Of a stretch of DNA of 64,000 bases, positions 53,950 through 64,000 are shown piece by piece. Every line of letters starts with the position of its first letter. The first letter of the stretch is position 1. Origin of the DNA: Parasitella parasitica NRRL 2501 (lineage: Eukaryota; Fungi; Mucoromycota); NCBI GenBank assembly GCA_025201805.1, contig MU619254.1, positions 181,935 to 245,934 of the forward strand, read 5' to 3'. Below the pieces are notes generated by a model that saw nothing but the letters and a program-made list of their open reading frames with translations, did not search any database and had not been told where the DNA came from. The translations under genes were made by a program, and so were the position numbers.

Positions 53950-54183
53950 TAATAAAGCAATGCCAACGCTTCCAGGCGATCATAGCAATGAGGGTTCTAT
54001 GGCAGACTCATCAGCAAGTAATGGCAACAATGATGTTGCAGATAATACAAGTGCAGCCTTAGCAATGGCTAGATCATTGCTGTTGGCTCCTACTGCTTCT
54101 GAGGGACAGCAGCAAAACAAGCCAATTTCTCCTCCTTTGACTCCTATACCTCAGCAACAAGATAATTCTCAAGAGGAACATGT

Positions 54184-54244
<61 letters not shown>

Positions 54245-54466
54245 ACACAGCAAGAATCACCATTATCGATGGCTAAACGCATTCTAGGGGCCAAAGTTGA
54301 AATTCCATCACCAACTCAAACACAATTACAGCAACAGCAACATCAGTCTGTTGACGATGAGGTATGTTTTGTATATAAAGTGAGATTTTGCTTGTGCATT
54401 GACGCTAATAAATGTCATAAATTTTAGGAACTACAACGTATTGTTGCTGCGCATATAGTGTTTTAA
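50307..54466 (+). CDS. SH3-domain polarity protein, Tea4/Bud14-like, with Ras-association-like domain(s)
   Basis: VYALHTFVATVEGQ...YWWLV...GYIPAENIE|TPYERLARLNKHRN; LRVFAGNI...TTADELIKTSVQKF; last exon 54428-54466. Confidence 0.85.
54184..54246 (+). repeat. (CAA)n coding microsatellite (polyQ)
   Basis: about 20 CAA codons inside the SH3 gene. Confidence 0.9.
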
Positions 54467-55260
54467 AATTCATCCATACTATCATTAATTTATAAATCCC
54501 AGTAGATTTGTCACAATTATTCATGTTAATAAAATTATATTCACTGGAAACTAATAAGGAGGAAGACGAGGAAGCTGCTTGTTTATTAATGTGTAAATTG
54601 AGGAGGATATCATGCATTTTACCATATTAATGCATGCCTGACTTCATACTACTGCTATAGCTTTTTTTTTTCTGGGATCTCACCAAGCACTTTTGTTAGT
54701 ATTGGAGTCAATATAAAAGAGCTATGGGATTTAGCAATCAAAATATGGGTTTGAAAGCATTGGGTTATAACTGTAGCTTTTCATGGACAGAAAACATGTT
54801 GGGCCAGCTTGGAACTTTCTCGAATTGAATGTAGCAATAGTTTTCATTTATGGCATTATGGCAACCTCAATTGTGTTAGGAACGACCCGCAATGATGCTG
54901 TTGCCGAGACGAAGACAGAGGATGTGATGGGATCCCGCCGCAAAAAATTATGAAAAGTCCTTGTCGTTTAAATAAGTTTTATAAGCTAATTTCGCTCCCA
55001 TTTGCCACCAACCCATCAAAAGAGTTGGGTACTTAGCTTTAGATATAAAGAGAAGATAGTATTATATTATGAGTTAAAGCGTGGCTTGAAGGCCTATAAC
55101 CACATCCTCTGTCTTCGTTTCGGCAACAGTACCATTCTCAAAAAAAGAAATTCTATTGGTCTAAAAAAATTTGTAATCTTCTCAAATGCAACCGAAAATA
55201 CATGTCTTTGGAGCGATAGAAGAGTCATTTTTCTATCGTTTTTAAACATATTTACACGAA

Positions 55261-55662
55261 ATGTCCAACGACTCTGGAGTTACTGCTGATGGTTTAAAAA
55301 AAACCATTAGCGACAAGCTCAAAGCAACACATGTCGTAAGTAGGATCTAACATCAACAAGTTTGAACAAAGTCTACCAATTTTTTTTTTTTTTAAAAAAA
55401 AGGTGGTGGAGGATTTATCAGCAGGTTGTGGTCAAATGTTTGAAGTAATCATAGTCTCTCCTCTCTTTGAAGATAAGCGTCTTTTGACTAGACACAAGCT
55501 TGTGAATGAAGCGCTCAAAGAAGAGATCAGCAAAGTTCACGCTTTCACTCAAGTAATAATAGATTTGCTTTGATCATCAAATAGCTCGACTAATTAATTC
55601 TTCTTATTACTGTGTAGAAATCATACACACCCGAGGAATGGGCAAAAAAAAACGCAGAGTAA
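55261..55662 (+). CDS. BolA-like protein (BolA2/Bol2/Fra2 type), 3 exons (missed by ORF track)
   Basis: spliced [89 protein letters not shown]. Confidence 0.92.
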
Positions 55663-56073
55663 ATGCCTACAATACAATCTTTAGTAATAAACACACACAC
55701 ACACACACACACAGGATTCAAACTGTCCAACCTTTGCCTAATTAAGATGAATCAAGATTACTTGATCGTGAATATCGTCATTAATTGACCTGCTTGTATT
55801 GAGTCTTTCAGTGAAATCTATCAACGCAAATTGAGCCTCTATCGTCTTGAATGGACGAGCGTACGCTTGATGCGACCTCTGCGTACAGCTTATGCCTGTT
55901 TACTGCGACTGCAAGGAAGCAAGTAGACATGGACATGCCATCCGAGTCACACGCACAAGGATCCGTCCCTACGAGGTGTGTCCTAACAGAATAAGGCCAG
56001 GAGAGTGCTTTTGAAATGTATCTATTTCTCCTTAAAACTAACGCTATTTGCCCTTTCTAATTGAATACAAGTG

Positions 56074-57083
56074 ATGGCTCGGTGGACGCTAACAGGCCTT
56101 CAAGAAGGCATCACATATGCTGTTCAAGGCATCGCCATTGTAATCCAAAACCCAAGTATTCGACAACAACGTTTTCTAAAGACTTTTATATATCTATCCA
56201 TGCTATCATTCATTTTACTAGGACTTACCAATGTGCTGATAGCTACTCCAATCCATGTTTTTCGATTCATCTTGTGGTTCTCGACCAACGACAAGGCCTC
56301 ACAAGCGGATAGAGCATTAGAGTCAGCCAATCGATTTGTGCGTGAATTGGTAGCATCAGTGCCCCTTTTAGCGTTGCTATTCATGCGATATGTATATCCC
56401 AAGCCACTAGATGATTTGTTCATGGAATCTTTACGCTATTTAGATTCAATCCATCCTGATAGAGCACCGTATGCTAGCATTTTGGCCCAGCAAAGATTCA
56501 AAAGAAGATATTGGGTTGATATGAGGGATTACCTGTCTCGAACTTGGAAAAAAGTGAGGCTGGGATTACTGCTGCTGTTACTATCCATGATTCCTTTTGT
56601 TGGTAAATTTGTTTTTCCTGCAGCTGGTAATGTATACACCTGTAGATGGCCATGAACAGACCAACTGATTCCAAGTGTATAGGTGCCTATACTACTTACA
56701 AAGCATTGGGCAAAACACAGGGCATTGCTGTAGGTATCTGCTTTTTCTTTCTTCCTAGATGGGCCACAATGAAGCTTGTGCGTGCCTTGATTGGAATGAG
56801 ATCACTCATGCGTGAATTGCTGGCTCCTTACTTTGTGAGAATGCGAATGTCTCACAGAGAAAAGCGCAGATGGTTCAGTGGGCGTAAGGATGTTCTATTT
56901 GGGTTTTCTGGTATTGCATATATCATTATTCGATTGCCCATAGTTGGCATCATTGGATACGGCATTGCTCAAGCGGCTTCTGCCTACATGCTGACGGTTG
57001 TCACTGAACCACCATCAAGGGACATATTCACTAAAAAGTTGGATGAACACGAGAATAGCGTAGACGATTTGAAAGGTGCCTGA
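56074..57083 (+). CDS. multi-pass membrane protein, EI24/UsgS-like fungal family, 2 exons
   Basis: hydrophobic helices; PLDDLFMESLRYLD, RSLMRELLAPYFVR, KRRWFSGRKDVLFGF, YGIAQAASAYML; family name recalled, not searched. Confidence 0.7.
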
Positions 57084-57361
57084 CAAACTTAATGATACAA
57101 AGATGGAGAAACTATTTTATACTTCACTATATGAAGAGTCAATCGTATCTGTTTCTTAATGCATAAATGCTTCTTTATTTTACCATTACGTTGCGTAATA
57201 ATGTAGCACATCATGCGTAGAGTAACTTTTTCATTGTGTGCATGCATACATCGCTGACTGTACGTCAGAATCTATACGGATTGCGTACATGATTCAAATT
57301 TATTAGAATAATTATCGACTTTGAATACAGCAAATGTTACTTAAACATATCCATGTTGGCA

Positions 57362-57664
57362 TTATGGTTTTTGGCAACGTCTTAGATGTGGCTTAAACAC
57401 TGAGGTTCCAGGGCAAGTTCCGATTACTCCAGGGCCAGGATCAGATGTACATTGGATATAGTCTTTATCAACACCAGCGACCGGATAGAGGCCAGCAGCA
57501 CCAGCACCACCTTTACAAAAGTCTTCTCTTTCTAAATTTTACTAGTCAACTAATAACGCCATAACAATAGCACAGTTAATATATTTACTCGAAAGAATGC
57601 TAGCAGCGTTCACACCATATGCGATGCCAAGGGTCGCAATGATTAAAGTAAAAGAAATGTGCAT
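57362..57664 (-). CDS. small secreted 4-Cys peptide, chitin-binding type-2 (CBM14)-like, 2 exons (missed by ORF track)
   Basis: exons 57664-57589 and 57531-57362, 57-nt GT-AG intron; MHISFTLIIATLGIAYGVNAASILSKR-EDFCKGGAGAAGLYPVAGVDKDYIQCTSDPGPGVIGTCPGTSVFKPHLRRCQKP*. Confidence 0.8.
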
Positions 57665-57704
57665 TTTTGAATAATGTCAAAAGGATTGCAGTCGCTGGGC
57701 ACCC

Positions 57705-57711
57705 TTATATA
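57705..57711 (-). promoter_or_regulatory. TATA-like box of the secreted peptide gene
   Basis: TATATAA on the minus strand about 40 nt upstream of the ATG; TATCTAA at the equivalent site in the decayed copy. Confidence 0.5.
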
Positions 57712-58271
57712 CTTGTGTTTCCTATGCAAGCAGCTGTTTTTAGTATCGCACCTCATGCTAAACTACCATACCCTTTCAAGAATTTGATTCGTATTCTTTA
57801 ATTAAATCTACTAAAACATTATACGCCCCTCAACACAACATATTCAAATTCCAGATTCCAGTATACATAAAACGCTGTGGCAATCTTGATGTCCCAGTAA
57901 AACAGTATGTTTGATGGTGTATATATTGGCTGTTGCTGTTCAAAAGAGGCTCAAGTGAATCTTTTCTGTGAACATTGTAACTGCGGTTCACCCAATCTGT
58001 ACGTGTTCAAAATTACAACTTTCTTGGCATACAATGAATATTGCCTCATGCACATCTAGGAAATGATTTACGACACAACAGTGTGCTAAAGTTACCACAC
58101 AGAATACAGTCCAAAACCATGTGCAACTGGTATTCCGTAACTCTATAGTTATAAGTGTCCGGGCACAGTTTCTGTTTTATTCTTTCATTTGATAAATAGC
58201 TAACATTCAAATTGTCGCAACATCCATCAAAATTACATGTAGCGACACCAGGACGATTTCTATAACGAGAG

Positions 58272-58524
58272 GCAGCACTGGAAAGCTATAGCAAATAATT
58301 TTACAGGCACGATCAACAACTTTAAGCAATGATTATTTTCCGGATTCAATGACAATACAAATGCCCATATATACGTAATAGGCAAACTTGAGCTTCGGGA
58401 AATAATGAAACACATCCCTGCTGATCATATCAAGGAGATGAATAAAAAAAGTTGAAATTATCTTCAAGTTGTATATGATGAACTATAGGCATAATATATG
58501 CTATAGGCACTTGATGCGTGAGCT
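58272..58524 (+). repeat. ~250-bp direct repeat, copy 1
   Basis: aligns with 60249-60502, sharing aaacacatccctgctgatcatatcaaggagatgaataaaaaaa and taggcacttgatgcgtgagct. Confidence 0.88.
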
Positions 58525-59241
58525 GCTTGTTAAAAACGATCAAAAGTAGGCTGACTTTCCCAACCTAACACCTTTGAATGCGGTATAATAACAAAATCCG
58601 CTTCGGTTGACACACCTCGAGCAAACAATCAAAATTCCGTATGTAGAGTAATTTCTCATATCGTTTGTATACCATCGTCTTAATAACCTATACTTTGTTT
58701 TGATCATTTAAAAGACTGACAGTTTATCATATCAGACGTTAGCAGAAAAGCAAGAAAGATTTTCTGGACATTATCTGGTCTTGTAGTTGCTATGAGCGTC
58801 GCATTCAAGAAAATTTATAGCTACTACTTGCCTGGAGAATTAACATAGCTGAAATGCCGAATTATGATGTTAAGATATTTCATTTCGTTGTGTATAACAA
58901 ACCGAAGAATGAAAATCAATCATACGGCATCTGTTCTCTCCTTTTTTTTTTTTTTTTGAGACATCTTTTCCCCTTTTTTTTCCTTTTCATACATTTCTTT
59001 TTACTTTTTTTTTTTTTTTTTTTTTATTAATACCTCAGATTGTCCGCCACAGCGAAATAATGTTGTGTTAAGGAATATGCCGGTATGGTATTCAAGTAAA
59101 ACCAGCAAGAATATGAATCGAATACTTGAAAGGGTATGATAGTTCAGTATGATGTGCAATACTAAAGACAACTGCTTGCATAGAAAAACACAAGTATCTA
59201 AAGATGCTCAAACATCACAATACTTTTGACATGATTCAGAA

Positions 59242-59545
59242 ATGCACTTTAATCATTAGCATCCTTGGAAACCTTGGTATCGCATTCAGTAGTGGCGAGA
59301 TTTTTTAAGCAGGTAAGTAAACTAATCATGGGATTTTTATAGTGTTGATGGCTGACTTGCAGACTTAAGTATTGGTAGAGCTTTGTAAATATAGTCCTGG
59401 CAGCGCTGGCCCCTATGAATTCCCTGATTCCACCGTCGATAATTCGTATATTAAATGCACATCTAATGCTGGCAATGGAAAAATCGGATTCTTCCTCACA
59501 GGCGCAGTGTATAAGCCAGCATTAAGATGTTGTCAAATGAAATAA
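59242..59545 (+). pseudogene. decayed paralog of the secreted CBM14-like peptide
   Basis: exon 2 ELCKYSPGSAGPYEFPDSTVDNSYIKCTSNAGNGKIGFFLTGAVYKPALRCCQMK*; exon 1 frameshifted (ATG CAC TTT AAT CAT TAG); third Cys replaced by Phe. Confidence 0.72.
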
Positions 59546-59779
59546 AACATGCATATGTTTTAGTATCTGATAATTTATTGCATTCGAAGATAATCAAATA
59601 TTCTAGTAAATTCGAATCTCATATACGCAATCCGTGTAGATTTTTGACGTACAGACAATAATGTATGTATGCATACAATGAAAAAAAAGTTTCCCGACAT
59701 ATGATGGTTTAAGATAAAGGAGGTTTATTTTGACATTTATGCACAAAGAAAAAAAAACATATATTGAAACGAAGAATGA

Positions 59780-60236
59780 CTACAGTATTCTTTTAGTCAT
59801 CTTAAATGGCAGCCAAGTGACAGCGGTCAGCATGTAAGCAGAGGCTGCTTGAGCAATGCCGTATCCAATAATGCCAACTATGGGCAATCGAATAATGATA
59901 TATGCAATACCAGAAAACCCAAATAGAACATCCTTACGCCCACTGAACCATCTGCGCTTTTCTCTGTGAGACATTCGCATTCTCACAAAGTAAGGAGCCA
60001 GCAATTCACGCATGAGTGATCTCATTCCAATCAAGGCACGCACAAGCTTCATTGTGGCCCATCTAGGAAGAAAGAAAAAGCAGATACCTACAGCAATGCC
60101 CTGTGTTTTGCCCAATGCTTTGTAAGTAGTATAGGCACCTATACACTTGGAATCAGTTGGTCTGTTCATGGCCATCTACAGGTGTATACATTACCAGCTG
60201 CAGGAAAAACAAATTTACCAACAAAAGGAATCATGG
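59780..60236 (-). pseudogene. 5'-truncated duplicate of the membrane-protein gene (end of exon 1, intron, most of exon 2) with a different C-terminus
   Basis: same translation as the 56646-57083 ORF up to ...AYMLT, then AVTWLPFKMTKRIL*; no 5' half or evident promoter. Confidence 0.85.
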
Positions 60237-60248
60237 TTGGTAATAATA

Positions 60249-60502
60249 GCAGTGCTGGAAAGATATGGCAAATAATTTTGCAGGTATGTGATCAGCAGCT
60301 CTAATCAATGATCATCCCCCGGAATCAATAACAATACAAATGCTCACATAAACGTAATAGCAAACCTGAGTTTAGGGAAATAATAAAACACATCCCTGCT
60401 GATCATATCAAGGAGATGAATAAAAAAATTTGAACTTGTCCTTAAGTCATACATGGTCAGCAATTTGCATAGTATATGCTGTAGGCACTTGATGCGTGAG
60501 CT
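60249..60502 (+). repeat. ~250-bp direct repeat, copy 2
   Basis: homologous to 58272-58524; starts about 12 nt beyond the outer end of the inverted arm. Confidence 0.88.
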
Positions 60503-61155
60503 ATTTTTAAAAAAGCACAAAAGCTAATTTCAAAGTGCTTTTTACATTATAGGGTGCATAGATAAACAAAGAAACCTTTTGTCTTTGATTCGTGAATACA
60601 TATCAAGTCGAAGCATGAATGAAGCTACATTATACTTCAAAAAGACAAAAAAACCCTAAGTAAAGCTTTCATTTTAAAATGATGTTGCGTCTTATATTGT
60701 GTAAATTATAATACATGTCATTTTTGTAGTATTAGCAATATGTATAGTGTACTGATACATTTTTTACATGCGAGTTTTCAATGAATTTATTAGTTAAATT
60801 TGAGTATATTGACATGAGATGCTACAGAATAGGTGCGATTCACTATAGTATTTCATCAAGACAATCGTGAACGAACGTATCGTAATGTCTTGTTTGAATA
60901 CATCATATGAAAAAGTATTATAAAAGCAATCACGTCGCAGGACAACACTTGAACCATACACTTGCGGCACACATCTCGGCTTTTGCGGGTAATCATTACG
61001 TAAAATGTCAATAGCATGACAAGAAAAGGCTGTTTTATGTAAGAAAGCTTCTGTGCTCAACGTACTTAAAAAAAATACAGCGTTTTCTTCTACAAGAGAG
61101 GGTGATATACATATAAGGGTGATGATACAAAAAGATTCTTCGAGCTTTAACGAGA

Positions 61156-62764
61156 TTACGGTGGGCTGTTATTGCTGGATGAAGAGCTTTTAATCGTGTG
61201 ATAATGTCTCCAGCCATTATCCAGTTCTCCATCATGACATAATTCGATTGATTTCATCCACTTTGTCTCCAAAGCTTGATCAACTGTCCAACGAGTTTCT
61301 GGGCTGGGGTCCAGCATGCCCGCTAAGCATTCCTTTTCGTCATCTGTGAGACAATCACTTTGATCAAAACTATCCCAAAGATCACACGAAGCAGGGCCTA
61401 ATTTGCTTCTTTGTTGAACGTACAATCCGAAATCTTTGTCGCCTCCATCTTGAGCAGCAGCAGCAACAGCAGCAGGTGACCCTGCCGTGGCATTAGGAGG
61501 GGGACTGGGGCCAGGTTTACCCGTATAGAAAGCAGCAGCAAAAGGTAAGCTGTGGTAGCGAATACAGAAATAAGTGACGGCAGCACTCCACACATCCAAT
61601 GCCTGACCCAGATAGCCATCTTCCTTGCCTTTTAGGTTCCATAATTCAGGTGACCAAAAGGGTTCAGAACCACACCATTTGTGACACAGGTGAATGTCTT
61701 TTTCAAAGCATGTTTGAACAACATCAGCTACACCAAAATCTGCAATTTTGAGAGTGCCACCTTTTGTCAAGATGAGGTTTTCAGGCTTTATGTCACGATG
61801 AGCGATGCCGAGATGATGCAGATGCTGTAAACCCAAAAGTAGTTGCTTGAATAAACAAGCGCCTTCCATCACGGGCATATTAGGTTTTTCATTAAGTAGA
61901 TTGAATAAATCGCCACCATCGCACTGTATTGAAATATACAGACATTTGAGTAGATTACTTTTGGACATATACAAGTCTACTTACATATTCCATTACAGTG
62001 CACCATCTATCGTGCTCGTCTATCACTAAATCCATTGTCTCTACCACATGGGGATGTCCGCTCACAGTCTTACTGATGCAGTATTCGTTGTGCATTCTCT
62101 TTAGATATTCCTTCTCATCTTCCGTCTTGCCTCGTTTAATAAATTCCTTTACGGCAAGAATGCGGCCTTCGTGCGATTGAACAAGGCGGATCACAGCAGT
62201 AGCCCCGCTCCCAATGTTGTTCTTGTTGGTTGCTCCGGATGCCTTAGTGCTAGCATCTTTGGCCGGCTTAATGTAATCACCGTACTTTTCATTCAACCTT
62301 GGCACATTACTGGAAGGAGAGGATGTTTCTGACGAGTCATTGCTTGCATGTAGATGCTTTTTAGTCCAAGAAGCAGGACTAGCAATGAAATTACCTATGG
62401 ATCTGCTCAGTTTATGATGTTGACGTTGATGTTCACTGGTAATGGTAGCTGACTCGACACTGAGGCAGCTTTGGGCACCGCTGCTGCTTCGTCGATGAGG
62501 TGTGGAGTTCACGCTGTTCGGTTGAGGCTCGGGCGTACCCGCTGGTGTCATTTTGAGATTTGATCGAGAATTGTTGCTGCTTGAAAACAAGAACCCAAAT
62601 CGACTAGATTTCTTGATGGGAATAGATTTTGAACGAAAAATCACGGAATCGCCTCTTAATACATTGGAAGGCTGATGCTGTTGGGGTGATGTCGGTACAT
62701 CCATGGGCACTGGTGATGAAGACCTATGCTCGAGAGCTATAATTTCTTGATTCGTAGCTGACAT
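61156..62764 (-). CDS. Ser/Thr protein kinase, HAL/NPR (Hrk1/Sat4-like) family, 2 exons
   Basis: IGSGATAVIR, AVKEF, EYCIS, HRDIKPEN, DFG, WCGSEPFWSPE, DVWS. Confidence 0.9.
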
Positions 62765-64000
62765 TTTATTGATGAAGAAGAATAAAAGGAAAAACGATGA
62801 AATAGATCATATGTATATTTTTTTTCTTTTTTTTTTTTTCGCAAGTTTCACTGTATTTTTACGGTTATACGGTATGACAATTACGGTATTATGCCAATTC
62901 ACCCCGCTTTTTCACAATTTAAAGTATCCAATGGCCGTTCAAGACTAACGTTCGACATGGCTTGTAATTGGCTATCCTCAACGTCACTTGGCACTAGAGA
63001 AATTCTTTGATGAAAAAGGTTTAATTATCAGATTCGAGCAAAATGACGTTTTGGAAAATAAAATTACAGTGCTTTCACTCACTTTATTGAAAGAATTGGT
63101 CGCTTTTTGAATTTCAATTGGTCAATTTTCTGAACCCTAATTGGTTAGCTTAAAGAATCACTAGTAACAGCGTACTCTTATAATATATTGGTGGCTCGAA
63201 TCCTTCAGTGTTTAAACTATGGTTTCAATGTTTACATGCTTTATTTTTCTCAACAATTACTCATTAAAATTGGAAGAAATACAATTTTGATTGAAACCCT
63301 TTGGGATTCCATCAAATATCACATTGCTATATTACCTAAAGTGTTGAATGCACCAATGTTTTCGTTGAAAATATGAAAATTATGTTTATCCTGGAAGCTA
63401 ATATAATTTTAAAAGCTTAAATTATTCTTTTCAAGAGTCGGTTTCCTATTGAAAAGATAAAAGATAAATCTAATATCTTTTGAGAAACTTCAGCTAGAGA
63501 GCATCACAAAAGAGATGATTATTCAAGATAAATCAATCAACAGGATGAAATAATATTTTTTCATGTTTCTTTTACCGTATATGACATTTTCTAGTTGACA
63601 ACTATGTATTTTTGATTTGACATGGAATATGTCAAAAATCTAGTACCTACAAGAAAATTGATGACGACCGCGCTTTTCGTGACTTTGGATTTGTCGAATA
63701 CTTAGTTTCATTGGATGACGTTTGGAAACTAAAATACCTTTTCTTCTAAAGGGAATCATGCACAATTTGTTAATGGAAGGCTTCTGAAGGAGTTGTTGAT
63801 GACCATCATTATGAACGACTACTTTAGAGGGAGGTACTAGGACTCCGGGGGGCTCAGAGGCCAAGCCAGTCTTCCATGTTTGCACGGCGACTTGCCTATT
63901 CCTTGGATTTCTTTAAGAATGGAAAGCAGATAGCATCGAGATGATGGTCTCTATGTGAATGCCCCTAGTGGTAACTACGGTCACAATTACTGTAGGTCTG

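Larger units (their letters stand above)
56585..60236. repeat. inverted duplication: arms about 56585-57890 and 59035-60236, spacer about 1.15 kb
   Basis: 56585-56950 reads as the exact reverse complement of 59871-60236; inner parts align with many mismatches. Confidence 0.92.

Noticed and set aside
60794-61235. short minus-strand ORFs downstream of the kinase
   Set aside because: No recognisable motifs; likely 3' UTR or intergenic chance ORFs
63640-64000. RNP1-like DFGFVEY on + strand and an 81-aa minus ORF
   Set aside because: Frames are interrupted by stops, no coherent gene model, window edge

Overview
AT-rich, intron-rich eukaryotic DNA, most consistent with a Mucorales fungus (short GT-AG introns, microsatellites, three N gaps). 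It holds about 24 protein-coding genes: XRN2/RAT1 (5'-truncated), an orphan proline-rich protein, a PPR protein, PRP38, NPC1/NCR1, Prp4 kinase, a Trf4-like nucleotidyltransferase, a GATA-like+PHD protein, a Cys-cluster orphan, a hotdog thioesterase, RPL34, ESF1, ERH, an RRM/MLLE protein, a class 3 lipase, UTP21, a TCO89-domain protein, a VanZ-like protein, a CSC1/TMEM63 channel, a Tea4/Bud14-like SH3 protein, BolA2, an EI24/UsgS-like membrane protein and a HAL/NPR kinase. Three genes (ERH, BolA2 and a small secreted peptide) are absent from the ORF track and were rebuilt by manual splicing. The most unusual locus is 56.6-60.5 kb, an inverted duplication. Its outer 366 bp look identical (3' part of the membrane-protein gene, intron included). 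Its diverged inner arms carry an intact 81-aa secreted peptide gene (signal peptide, Kex2-type KR, 4 Cys, chitin-binding CBM14-like) and a decayed paralog. All family calls come from motif recognition by eye; no database searches were run.
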